From NCBI GenBank assembly GCA_964291235.2, contig OZ219815.1:1216001-1280000 (forward strand): a stretch of 64,000 nucleotides of DNA, given 5' to 3'. Origin of the DNA: Vicinamibacteria bacterium. Lineage in GTDB: Bacteria > Acidobacteriota > Vicinamibacteria > Marinacidobacterales > Marinacidobacteraceae. The notes beneath the pieces are model-generated. The model saw nothing but the letters and a program-made list of their open reading frames with translations, made no database searches and was not told the origin of the DNA. Positions 1 to 8,506 of the stretch are shown here, piece by piece. Position 1 is the stretch's first letter. The number at the start of each line of letters is the position of its first letter. Position numbers and translations under genes: made by a program.

Positions 1-230
1 GCGGGGGTGGTGAGCCGGGTGCCGTCGCCACGGCGCCGGCCTGGCTGCTGGCTTTACCACGCGGCGCGGGACAGGGGGTTTGCCCGGAGCCGCCGCCGCG
101 TAAGTGTGGGTGCCGCGGTCCTCGGGGTGCTCCACGAGGTCTGCGCCGCGGGTGCGCGAGGCGCAGCCGGAGGTTGCTGCCGGCGGGGCGCCGGGGTCGG
201 TGGCCCCGGCACCGGAAGGAAAAGTCGGTA

Positions 231-476
231 ATGCCTTGGGGGGATGCGGTCCGTCGGGCCGTTGATCGCTTCTGCGAGCGGGACGGACGCGAGCGCTTCA
301 CGCTGCGGGACCTCGTCTGGAGCGAACTTCCGGAGATCGTGCGCGCGACGGGGACGCGTGCCGTCCGTCCGTCCCAAGCCCTCGGGTCGTGGCTTCGGAA
401 ACTGGTGAAGCTGGGGGAACTCGAGGAACTGGCGGACGGGAGATTCCGGCGCCGCCGCAGGCCGCTGTTCCGCTGA
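231..476 (+). CDS. Small stand-alone winged-helix protein (81 aa), resembling DpnI C-terminal wH domains
   Basis: ATG at 231 after AGGAAAAG. FTLRDL...SQALGSWLRKLVKLGELEELADGRFRR fits a wH recognition helix plus wing. Confidence 0.55.
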   Translation: MPWGDAVRRAVDRFCERDGRERFTLRDLVWSELPEIVRATGTRAVRPSQALGSWLRKLVKLGELEELADGRFRRRRRPLFR

Positions 477-532
477 CCGCGCCCTATCGCGCTCCGGGAT
501 GTTCCGGGACGCCCGAACGCGGACGGCCGGGA

Positions 533-1513
533 TCAGGGGACCGGGACGGGTCCTGCTGCCGGATCGGCGGGCGGATGCGCGGGGCTGGTGAGCCAGGTGT
601 TGTCGTCGCTGCGCCAGCCGGTGAGGTAGCGGGCTTCCTCGACCGCGCGCCGGCCTTCGATCCGGCTCATGTGGAGCACGAGGGAGATGCCGTTCACGAT
701 GTTGCGGCAGATCGCGTCCCACGGCAGGTCGCGGGCCTGCATGGCGCAACTGGCGAGGCGGTCGAGCGCCGACGTGGCGTTGTTCGCGTGGATGGTCGTG
801 AGGCTGCCGCCGTGTCCGGTGTTGAGCGCCTGCAGCAGATCGGCGGCCTCCGCGCCGCGGATCTCGCCGACGACGATGTGGTCGGGACGGTGACGGAGCG
901 AGTGTTTCACCAGGTCGCGGATGCTCGTGGCGGATTTCCCGAGTTCACGGGCCTCGAAGCGGACGGCGTTGGGCTGGTGGATCCGGAGTTCCAGCGTGTC
1001 CTCGATGGAGACGATGCGTTCGGCCGGCGGCAGGAGCGAGATGAGGGCGTTCAGCATGGTCGTCTTGCCGGAGCCGGTGCCTCCGGCCACCAGGATGTTC
1101 CGGCGTTCGGCAAGGGTCGTCCGGGCGGCGTCCAGGAAGGCTTGCGGGAGCGAACCGGCCGCCACGAGGTCCGCGGGGGAGAAGCCGCGCTTGCCGAAGC
1201 GCCGGATGGTGATGGCGACCTGGGGTGAGGCGGGCGGCACGCAGATGGCGACGCGGGAGCCGTCGTCCAGGCGGGCGTCGAGGGTAGGTTTCGCTTCCGG
1301 GTCGAGGCCGAGGGGCCGGGCGATCTGGATGGCGGCGCGCCAGAGCACGCCGGCGGAGAGGTGCGGCGCGGGGAAGGGCTCGAGGCCCGCGCCAGCGCGC
1401 TCCACCCAGACGGTCTCCGGCCCGTTGACCATGAGTTCGGTCACGGAGGCGTCTTCGAGCAGGTCGTCGAGGCCGGGGAGGAACCGCTTGAGGTGGGTGA
1501 TGCGGATGCTCAT
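533..1513 (-). CDS. virB11: VirB11/CpaF-family secretion ATPase
   Basis: Walker A GGTGSGKTT, SIEDTLEL Asp box, LRHRPDHIVVGEIRG, TGHGGSLTTIHAN His box. ATG at 1513 overlaps the virD4 stop (ATGA). Confidence 0.9.
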   Translation of the reverse strand: MSIRITHLKRFLPGLDDLLEDASVTELMVNGPETVWVERAGAGLEPFPAPHLSAGVLWRAAIQIARPLGLDPEAKPTLDARLDDGSRVAICVPPASPQVAITIRRFGKRGFSPADLVAAGSLPQAFLDAARTTLAERRNILVAGGTGSGKTTMLNALISLLPPAERIVSIEDTLELRIHQPNAVRFEARELGKSATSIRDLVKHSLRHRPDHIVVGEIRGAEAADLLQALNTGHGGSLTTIHANNATSALDRLASCAMQARDLPWDAICRNIVNGISLVLHMSRIEGRRAVEEARYLTGWRSDDNTWLTSPAHPPADPAAGPVPVP

Positions 1514-3876
1514 AGCTGACCGGCTTCCCGCGCGCGCCAGTAAGGGCGGTCGCGCGGGAGGTAGTGGGGCTTGAGGTAGACCCGGGTGGCGGCCTGCGCG
1601 TTGGTCCCGTCGTAGGGGAGGATGATCGCCTGGCAGTTCTCCAGGAGGGAGAAGGACCGGGAGTGGAAGAGCGGCTCCCGTTGCTCGCGGTAGGACTTCG
1701 AGGTTCCGAGGGTGCCTTTCGCGCCGCCGGCGCGGGCGGTGATGACCGAGAAGCCGGGTTTGGCGGACTCGGTGAAGGAGTAGGAGGGGGAGAGCCGGAG
1801 GACCTTGCCGCACATGTTGGAGGCGAGTTCGGCGCTGCTGTCGTCGCTGAGGGAGAGGAAGACCTTGGTCCGGAGGGTCTGGAGGAGCGTGCGCCAGGCG
1901 TCCTGCCCGGACAGCACGCTCTTGAGCGAGCTGATGGACTGGGTGGCGACGATGGGGATGACGCGCGACTGGCGGGTGAGGGCGAAGGCCTTTTCGTCAC
2001 CGGCGGGGTCGTCTTCCCCCACGGACGCGAAGCTCTGGTACTCGTCGCAGAGGAACACGGCGGGCCGGAAGTAGCGGTTGGGATTGGCCTTGATCTGCGC
2101 CGGGCGGGTGAGCAGCGTCTGGAGCCAGGCGTTCTTGAGCAGGACGCCGAGCGTGCGGGCGAGGGCGGGGTTGGCGCCGGCCGGCATGTTGAGGGCGATC
2201 ACCTTGCCCGACTCGATGAGTTGCTGGAGCGGCGGGAGGCGCTGGAGGAGCCCGGTGGTCGGCGATGCGCCCGGTGGCGGCGCCGGGAGGTCGGCGGGGA
2301 CGGGTGCCGCCGGCTGCGGGGCCGGCGGGCAGAAGACGCGGGCCACGTCCGGAAGGTCGAACATGGACAGGAAGACGCTCACCCCTTCCACGATGGAGGT
2401 GCGGAGCTTGGGGTCGAGCTGGAGCCAGTCGTACCGGTACCAGCGTTCGATGGCGGCGACGCGCTGCGCGTGCTCGCTCGGCGGGTGCTGGCTGTCTTCG
2501 ACGGTGGCCCGGATCCCGAGCGAAGCGAGCCTGTCGAGCAGTTCCCGGTCGTAGGAAGTGCGGACGCGCCGGTGCTCCTCTTCGAAGCACCACGGGTAGT
2601 TCTTGAGTTGTTCGTCGTGGTCGACGTACGCGGTGTCCGGGATGAGGATGGAGGAGGGCGGCGACCCGGAGAGCGCGTGCGCCTGCTGGATCTTCTCGGC
2701 GATGCGGGCGGGGTCGATGGCGCAGTGGTAGAGGTCGCGGAAGGTCACCCATTGGTCGGGGAGCGCGCGGTGGAGTTCGATGAGCCAGCGGATGAGGTTG
2801 GTGTACGCCTGCTGCCAGAAGGGCTCCTTGCTCTTGCCGAAGAGCTGGTTGAGGAGCGACGCGACGGTGTAGGCGAGCGAGTAGCTGTCCATGGCGGTCG
2901 CCAGGGGGTTCCACTGCCAGCGGCCGCCGAGGGCGAGTTCAATGTAGTCGTCTCCCCGTCCCGCGTGTTCGAGGTCGGCGCGGATGTCGTGGCAGAAGTC
3001 CCCCTTGACTTCGAGGACGAGAGCGGCGGCCCGCTTCTGCGGGTCCGCGGATTGCCACGAGAGCAGCTGCTGGGCGAAAGGGCGCATGCAGGCGGAGGTC
3101 TTGCCGGTCCCGACGGCGCCGAAGATGGCGACCCCTGTATAGAGGCCGCGCTCGGGGAGCGTGAGCCAGGAGGGGCGGGTGATTTCGCGCGGCTCGGCGG
3201 GATGGTGGACTTCCCCGACCACGAGAGAGGGCGCGTCGTCGTCCGGTGAGGTGGGCCATGGCGGCAGGGTCCCGCGGCCGAAGCGGCGGTCCCGGCCGCG
3301 GGAGCCGAACCAGAGGCGGTACGAGCTGGTGACGACCATGACGCCACCGAACGCCATGACGGACGGCATCACGAGATGCCAGGTGCGGATGACCGCGTAG
3401 AAGGTGGGGTCTTCGAACGCGATGAGGTCGAGCAGGGGAACGTCGCCGGGCGCGGGGAAGGGATGCGTTGCGATGGACCAGGCGAGCGCGAGGAGCGCGA
3501 GGAAGATGGCGACGACGAGCCGCCAGCTGAGCAGGCGGTTGGCGGCTTCGGCGGTCCCGGCGGAGTGGTCCAGGACCAGGGCGGCCGCCCGGCCGGCGGC
3601 GCGCCGGAGGGGCGCGGCGAAGCCGACGGCGAGGCAGCCGAGCGAGAGGGTGGCGAGGGCCGGCGCCGCGTAGTACCAGGCGTGGAGCACCGCGTGGGCG
3701 GGCGGGTCTTCGAGCGCGATGAGGTCGAGGACCGGAACGTCACCCGGCCCGGGGAACGCGCCGTGGCGGAGCGTGAGGTAGAGCGCGCCGAGGGCCGCGG
3801 CGGTGGGGATGATGAGATCCGCGAGGCGCGTCCTCGAGGGACTCCCCGAGGACCGGAGCGCGGGCGGCGCCGTCAT
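1510..3876 (-). CDS. virD4: Type IV coupling protein (VirD4/TraD-like)
   Basis: N-terminal TM segments, Walker A GAVGTGKT, LEVKGD, FW motif, Walker B FLCDEYQ, IVATQS. Confidence 0.85.
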   Translation of the reverse strand: MTAPPALRSSGSPSRTRLADLIIPTAAALGALYLTLRHGAFPGPGDVPVLDLIALEDPPAHAVLHAWYYAAPALATLSLGCLAVGFAAPLRRAAGRAAALVLDHSAGTAEAANRLLSWRLVVAIFLALLALAWSIATHPFPAPGDVPLLDLIAFEDPTFYAVIRTWHLVMPSVMAFGGVMVVTSSYRLWFGSRGRDRRFGRGTLPPWPTSPDDDAPSLVVGEVHHPAEPREITRPSWLTLPERGLYTGVAIFGAVGTGKTSACMRPFAQQLLSWQSADPQKRAAALVLEVKGDFCHDIRADLEHAGRGDDYIELALGGRWQWNPLATAMDSYSLAYTVASLLNQLFGKSKEPFWQQAYTNLIRWLIELHRALPDQWVTFRDLYHCAIDPARIAEKIQQAHALSGSPPSSILIPDTAYVDHDEQLKNYPWCFEEEHRRVRTSYDRELLDRLASLGIRATVEDSQHPPSEHAQRVAAIERWYRYDWLQLDPKLRTSIVEGVSVFLSMFDLPDVARVFCPPAPQPAAPVPADLPAPPPGASPTTGLLQRLPPLQQLIESGKVIALNMPAGANPALARTLGVLLKNAWLQTLLTRPAQIKANPNRYFRPAVFLCDEYQSFASVGEDDPAGDEKAFALTRQSRVIPIVATQSISSLKSVLSGQDAWRTLLQTLRTKVFLSLSDDSSAELASNMCGKVLRLSPSYSFTESAKPGFSVITARAGGAKGTLGTSKSYREQREPLFHSRSFSLLENCQAIILPYDGTNAQAATRVYLKPHYLPRDRPYWRAREAGQL

Positions 3877-3919
3877 CCCGGAGTTGCCTTCCCGCAGGGA
3901 TCACTCGCGCCGCAGGCGC

Positions 3920-4145
3920 GGGCTGGGAGCGACCCCGGTCCACGAACAAAAGGCCTGACTTCGGGGCCGTAGATCGGTAGATCGGAGGGGGGTCGCTCCC
4001 AGCCCCACTCTCCGCCCCGGGGCGGAGAGTGGGATTCGGGAGTATGCGACCGAATGGCAGCGGTGCCAACGGAGTCGATAACGGTCACGGCAGGGACGTA
4101 CGAACAGAAGTACGAACAAAAGGGGGGTGCGTCTTTTGTTCGTAC
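3920..4145. repeat. Cluster of inverted and direct repeats, candidate oriT/ori
   Basis: 17-bp perfect IR 3920-3936/3989-4005; perfect 30-bp palindrome 4004-4033; 13-bp IR GTACGAACAAAAG 4110-4122/4133-4145 with related copies at 4098 and 3942. Confidence 0.7.
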
Positions 4146-4181
4146 GGGAGTGGCCCCGGGGATGGCCCCGTCGAGGCTGGA

Positions 4182-4430
4182 TCACCCACGGGAGTCGGGG
4201 GTCAGGTCGTCGACGGCCTGGTGCGCGCGGTGGGCGAGCATCGCGAGGTGCGGGAGGTCGTTCAGCCCGAAGCTGCCGGTGCTGCGCCAGCCGTCGTCGG
4301 TGCGGTAGAGGCGCGCGAAGGTGACGGAGAAGAAGGACCGGCCGTCGGACTCGTTCTCCCAGATGGCGGCCTTGCAGGAACCGACGCGGAGTTCTTTCGT
4401 CGGGGAGTTTGTGTCGGGGGTATCGGTCAC
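4182..4430 (-). CDS. Small mobile-element protein, probable PC4-like/ssDNA-binding fold
   Basis: GTG start after GGAGG. KAAIWEN...SVTFARLY..DDGWRSTGSFG..DL pattern typical of small ICE/phage nucleic-acid-binding proteins. Confidence 0.55.
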   Translation of the reverse strand: MTDTPDTNSPTKELRVGSCKAAIWENESDGRSFFSVTFARLYRTDDGWRSTGSFGLNDLPHLAMLAHRAHQAVDDLTPDSRG

Positions 4431-4451
4431 GGTGGGGTGCCTCCTGATGGG

Positions 4452-5441
4452 TCAGAGAGCGAGCACGTCGGGAGCGAGCCGCTCGGCGACGTGAGTGGAG
4501 TAGGCGTCGATGTGGCTGGAGGGAGCGCGAGCCGCCCGGGCCTGTTCACGGATGGCGCGCGCGGCGGTCGTGGCGTCGATCGGACCGCCGTAGGGGGCGA
4601 GGGGGGCGAGGTCGCCGGTGGTCTTGGCGCGCTCGACCGCATCGAGGAGTCGTTGGTCCCGCTCGGGCAAGGGAACGGCGGGCACGTGTTCCCCGCGCCA
4701 GGAATCGAGGATCGCCGCGTTCGCGGCGGCGTCCGCGTCGGTGCGGGTGACGGCGACGACGTGAACGGCGCAGCCCCGATCGCGGAGGGCTTGCCAGAGG
4801 GCGCCGTGGGCGTCGGCCCAGGAACGGATGCGCTCGCGCCGGAGCCGCTGGCGGCCGCCGGTGTCGGCATAGACGAAGGTGGTCGTCTCGCCGTTGCCGG
4901 CGACGGGGTGCTTGAACGCGAAGTAGCGCCGGGTGGAGCGACCGGGGAACGGGCCTCGATACTCGCGGCGAGGGAGGGTGGCGACGGGGACTCCGACACG
5001 CTGGAAGTAGGCCACCTTCTCCGGCTCGGTGGGGAGCCAGGCGAGGTCCTCGTGTTCGAGGACGTAGTCGAGGGAGAGCAGCCGGCGCACGATGAGTTCC
5101 GGAGACCCGCTCCGGCGATGGCGGTTGTTCTCGATCCCGAGGGCGCGGTAGAGCGAGCGCCCGTGGACGTGGCAGATCGCGGTCGGCCGGTAGCCCCGCC
5201 GGTCCGGCAGCGAGGTTTCGCGGGCGAGATGGGCGTCCACGAGCGCCCGGACGAAACGGACACCGGCTGGGTGGCTGAGGTCGTGGCGAGCCTGGTACTG
5301 GCTCCGCGTGAACACGCCGGAGTGGAGGCAGACGAGAGCGAGCCAGTCTGCTTCGCGCTCGGTCCAGCCGAGGCCGCGAAGGGTCGCGGCCCGCTCCGCG
5401 AGCGTGGGAGGCGAAGCGGCGGTGGCGGTCGCGGCGGTCAC
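4452..5441 (-). CDS. wHTH-containing protein, Replication-relaxation (PF13814)-like, possibly degenerate
   Basis: GWTEREADWLALVCLHSGVFTRSQY N-terminal wH-like region, then LLSLDYVLEH. Sits between virB8 and the repeat cluster; coupled start (GTGA). Confidence 0.5.
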   Translation of the reverse strand: MTAATATAASPPTLAERAATLRGLGWTEREADWLALVCLHSGVFTRSQYQARHDLSHPAGVRFVRALVDAHLARETSLPDRRGYRPTAICHVHGRSLYRALGIENNRHRRSGSPELIVRRLLSLDYVLEHEDLAWLPTEPEKVAYFQRVGVPVATLPRREYRGPFPGRSTRRYFAFKHPVAGNGETTTFVYADTGGRQRLRRERIRSWADAHGALWQALRDRGCAVHVVAVTRTDADAAANAAILDSWRGEHVPAVPLPERDQRLLDAVERAKTTGDLAPLAPYGGPIDATTAARAIREQARAARAPSSHIDAYSTHVAERLAPDVLAL

Positions 5442-5587
5442 GGTGTGGGCAGCGCGGGGAGAAGCTGCCGGAGCCGGTCGGCGAAGATGACGGCCAGCGC
5501 GACGGTCCAGGCCGCGGCCGGGATGACGATGAGGACGAGCACCCCGGCCTGCGATTCGCGGCGGCGGGCGCGCCGGCAGGGATTCAT
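5438..5587 (-). CDS. 49-aa single-TM microprotein
   Basis: ATG overlaps the virB8 stop (ATGA) and its stop overlaps the next GTG (GTGA). Basic N-terminus followed by a hydrophobic stretch. Confidence 0.55.
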   Translation of the reverse strand: MNPCRRARRRESQAGVLVLIVIPAAAWTVALAVIFADRLRQLLPALPTP

Positions 5588-6249
5588 TCGAAGCCGATGG
5601 CCCGGTCCGCCTGGAGGTAGGTGATGAGCAGGCCCATCGGGTTGAAGGGCAGGAGGTCGCCGGGAACCTGGTCGAGGAAGAGGAACTGGAGGCTGACGCT
5701 CCACCGTTGGCGGTCGAGCTCGTTCCCGCGCTGGAGCGTCACCAGGTCGAAGTCGGCGGTGGCGGCGTGCGGCGGCTCGGGGTTCGGGTTGATCCGGAGC
5801 ACGACGTTCTCGACCTGCCGTTCCTCGGACGCGAGCCCCGCGGCGACTTCGGCGACGCCGGCGCTGTCGGTGCGGAAGGCGGCGTTGGCCAGGTCGGAGG
5901 TGAGGAAGCGGAGGGCGCGCCCCCACGACGCCTCCACGGTGGCGATGCGGCGGCTGTAGAAGTCGGAGAGGAACTGGTTGAGGAAGAACTTGGTGGTGGG
6001 GTCGAGCGGGTCGGCGTTCGCCTCGACCGCGTCGTAGGCCAGCGCCTCGGCGCGCCCCACTTCGTCCACGCGGATGACGATGGGCTTGGGGGCCTCCACG
6101 TCGGAGAGCCGGACGACGGCGACGAGCAGGAGCACCGCGAGGCCGGCGAGGCCGAAGAGGAAGGTGCGGAGGAAGCGGTTGGAGGCGACCTGTTCGCCCC
6201 ATATTTCGGCGAACTCCCTGCCGGGGTCCGGTTTCTTGCGGCGCGGCAT
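5584..6249 (-). CDS. virB8: VirB8/TrbF-family protein
   Basis: Single TM, PIVIRVDEVG, C-terminal NPMGLLIT motif. Confidence 0.85.
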   Translation of the reverse strand: MPRRKKPDPGREFAEIWGEQVASNRFLRTFLFGLAGLAVLLLVAVVRLSDVEAPKPIVIRVDEVGRAEALAYDAVEANADPLDPTTKFFLNQFLSDFYSRRIATVEASWGRALRFLTSDLANAAFRTDSAGVAEVAAGLASEERQVENVVLRINPNPEPPHAATADFDLVTLQRGNELDRQRWSVSLQFLFLDQVPGDLLPFNPMGLLITYLQADRAIGFE

Positions 6250-6255
6250 GGACGG

Positions 6256-7395
6256 CTACGCCCCCTTCACCGGGGAGGCGGCGATGGTCGCGCTCCGGAC
6301 CATCATGGTGCCGGCGCTGGCGAGGCCCATAGCGCCGGAGCCGCCCGCGCCGCCGCCGGTCACCAGGGCGGTGGCGATGTCGCCCACCTTGAGGGTGCTG
6401 AGGACCGCGGCGATGCAGAGCGGGATGATGGCGATGGACCAGAGCAGGTGGGTGCCGATGGTGGTGTAGTCGAAGCTGAAGTTGGTCATGCTGGTGATGT
6501 ATCCGACGGCGATGCCGGACCAGACGCGGAGCAGGCAGGCAGCGATGACGCTGTAGAGGCTGAAGGTGAGCAGCCCCTTGAACCAGCCCCAGAAGAGGAA
6601 CTGGAGGGGCTGGAAGACGTAGAAGGGGATCATCACCGGGCCGAGGAAGATGAAGATCGCAATGGCGACCTTGGCGAAGAGGACTTGGGCGAGGCCGATC
6701 CCGAAGATGAGCAGGAAGAGCAGGAAGAAGAGCGCGCTGAGGACCACGCCGGCGACGAGGGTGACGAGCAGGGAGTGGCCGGCGTTCACCAGTTCCCACA
6801 GGCTCAGTTCGTTCCAGGCGGTGGTGATCTGGAGCGAGACCTGGTGGCCGAGGTTGGTGAGTTCCTCGGTCATGGTGGCGACGGTGTTGCCGGCGAAGTA
6901 GGCGGCGATCTCGTTGGCGCCGCGCGGCAGAATCATCGGGAAGGGCATCCCGACTCCGGGGATGTCGGTGTCGTAGGTCGAGAGCAGGAGCCAGGGGACC
7001 CAGAGGGTGAGGACGAGCGAGACGATGTCCCACGCGCGCCAGCCGGCGCCGCCGTAGGCGATCCGGAGTCCGGTCCAGACGACGAGGATGATGGCGAGGC
7101 CGCGCCAGAGGTCCAGGCCGGTGTCGAGCATCGGCGGAGTGCCGGGGGTGAGCAGGTCCACCAGCACGCGGTCGAGGATGCCGACGGTGTTGGTGAGTTC
7201 GTCTTCGGGAATGTCGATCGGGACGTTCGGGTCGATCTGCTGGGCCGGAGCGAGCGCGGCCGCCGCCGCCGAGAAGGCGGCGGCGAGCGAGGCGATGCGC
7301 GAGCGGCGCCGGGCAGGCCACACCGGGCGCGCGCGCCGCGCGCGGCCGAGAGCGGTTGCGGCGTCTGGTGTCATGCGGTCTTCGATGGCTGTCAT
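6256..7395 (-). CDS. virB6: VirB6/TrbL-family polytopic membrane protein (start may be 7374)
   Basis: Multiple TMs, LGPVMIPFYVF..LFWGW motif, Gly-rich tail. Confidence 0.8.
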   Translation of the reverse strand: MTAIEDRMTPDAATALGRARRARPVWPARRRSRIASLAAAFSAAAAALAPAQQIDPNVPIDIPEDELTNTVGILDRVLVDLLTPGTPPMLDTGLDLWRGLAIILVVWTGLRIAYGGAGWRAWDIVSLVLTLWVPWLLLSTYDTDIPGVGMPFPMILPRGANEIAAYFAGNTVATMTEELTNLGHQVSLQITTAWNELSLWELVNAGHSLLVTLVAGVVLSALFFLLFLLIFGIGLAQVLFAKVAIAIFIFLGPVMIPFYVFQPLQFLFWGWFKGLLTFSLYSVIAACLLRVWSGIAVGYITSMTNFSFDYTTIGTHLLWSIAIIPLCIAAVLSTLKVGDIATALVTGGGAGGSGAMGLASAGTMMVRSATIAASPVKGA

Positions 7396-7573
7396 ACGCT
7401 GTAAATCACCCGCGTAGTGCGTGGCTGCAATGCTGTAAATGACGCGTGTAACGCGCTCCCGTCACGCAGTCCCCGATGGCTGTAATGCAACGTCGTTCAC
7501 GCACGTCATACATTCCTGTCATGCGCTGCCGGTAACGCGCGTAATGCAGTCCTGTAACGTGTTGCTGTCATGG
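7369..7573. repeat. Array of degenerate 8-mers NGT(A/C)A(T/C)GC
   Basis: Copies at about 7369, 7390, 7413, 7426, 7447, 7460, 7481, 7504, 7517, 7531, 7540, 7553, 7566; several spaced 13 bp apart; AT-richer than the flanks. Confidence 0.65.
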
Positions 7574-7598
7574 GATCCGCGGGTCGCCGGGCTGCGGG

Positions 7599-8492
7599 CT
7601 ATTGGCCGCCGTGGCGGCTCGGGAGCAGGAGTCCGTTTTCGAGGTCGGCGGCGTTCGCGCCGAGCGTCGCCGTGTGGGCCGCGAGGCGCGAGGCCACGTC
7701 GAGTTCCGCGTCGGTCCAGCGGCTGAGGTAGCGGCGCCGCTCGACTTCGCGCCGCTGCCGGTGGAGGGTGTCGCGGACGGCGTTGTAGCCGACGACCTGG
7801 GCGACGGCTACCTGGATCTCGGCGCCCGTGAGCTGGCCGGCCATCTGCGCCTGCTGGAGCGCGGTGCCGGAGAGGTTCGTCTGGCCGCGGAGGTCTTCGA
7901 GGTTGGTCTGGGCGCCGGCGATGAGTTCGGTGAGGGTCTCGGCGGCGTCGAAGGCGGCGTAGTCCGCGGCCATCTGCTGCTCGATCCGGTCGCGCTGGAG
8001 TTCGAGCGCGTCGGCGGCGGCCTGCCCGCTGTCGGGGTGGTCGGGGAAGAGGCCGAGCACGTCCGTCTCGCCGATCTGGTCGGCGTTCGCCAGCGCCGTC
8101 CGCCAGTGCGTGGTGAGGGTGTTCGCGCCGGTATCCTTGAGGTCGGTGAGGACGCCCGCGAGCTGGATCGTCTCGGGGTTCAGGAAGTCACCCGTCCATG
8201 AAACGGTCCCGTCGATCAGCTTCGCCGGATCGCCGGAGAGCTGCTGGATCGTCTGCGTAAGGGCGCCGATCTGGCCGAGCGCCTCTTCGCGGAGCTGCGT
8301 GAGCTGCTGCTGCAGGCGGCTGGAAGTGCTCCGGAGCTGGGAGATCATCGTCACGGCCTGGCCGATCTGGGTGAGCTGGTTGGCGATGATCGCGGCGTCG
8401 CCGAGGAAGGCGCGCGCCGGCACGGTCCCGACGACGATGAGGGCCGGGACGAGAAGGACCACGAGGCCCCATCGGATGGCGGTATGGATCAT
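7599..8492 (-). CDS. VirB5/TrbJ-like secreted coiled-coil protein
   Basis: Signal peptide (ARA/F), Gln-rich helical body, position between virB10 and virB6. Confidence 0.65.
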   Translation of the reverse strand: MIHTAIRWGLVVLLVPALIVVGTVPARAFLGDAAIIANQLTQIGQAVTMISQLRSTSSRLQQQLTQLREEALGQIGALTQTIQQLSGDPAKLIDGTVSWTGDFLNPETIQLAGVLTDLKDTGANTLTTHWRTALANADQIGETDVLGLFPDHPDSGQAAADALELQRDRIEQQMAADYAAFDAAETLTELIAGAQTNLEDLRGQTNLSGTALQQAQMAGQLTGAEIQVAVAQVVGYNAVRDTLHRQRREVERRRYLSRWTDAELDVASRLAAHTATLGANAADLENGLLLPSRHGGQ

Positions 8493-8506
8493 GGGAGGTC
8501 TCCTTT

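Noticed and set aside
7369-7573. Possible CRISPR array
   Set aside because: Repeats are 8 bp and degenerate with no unique 30-40 bp spacers; no cas genes.
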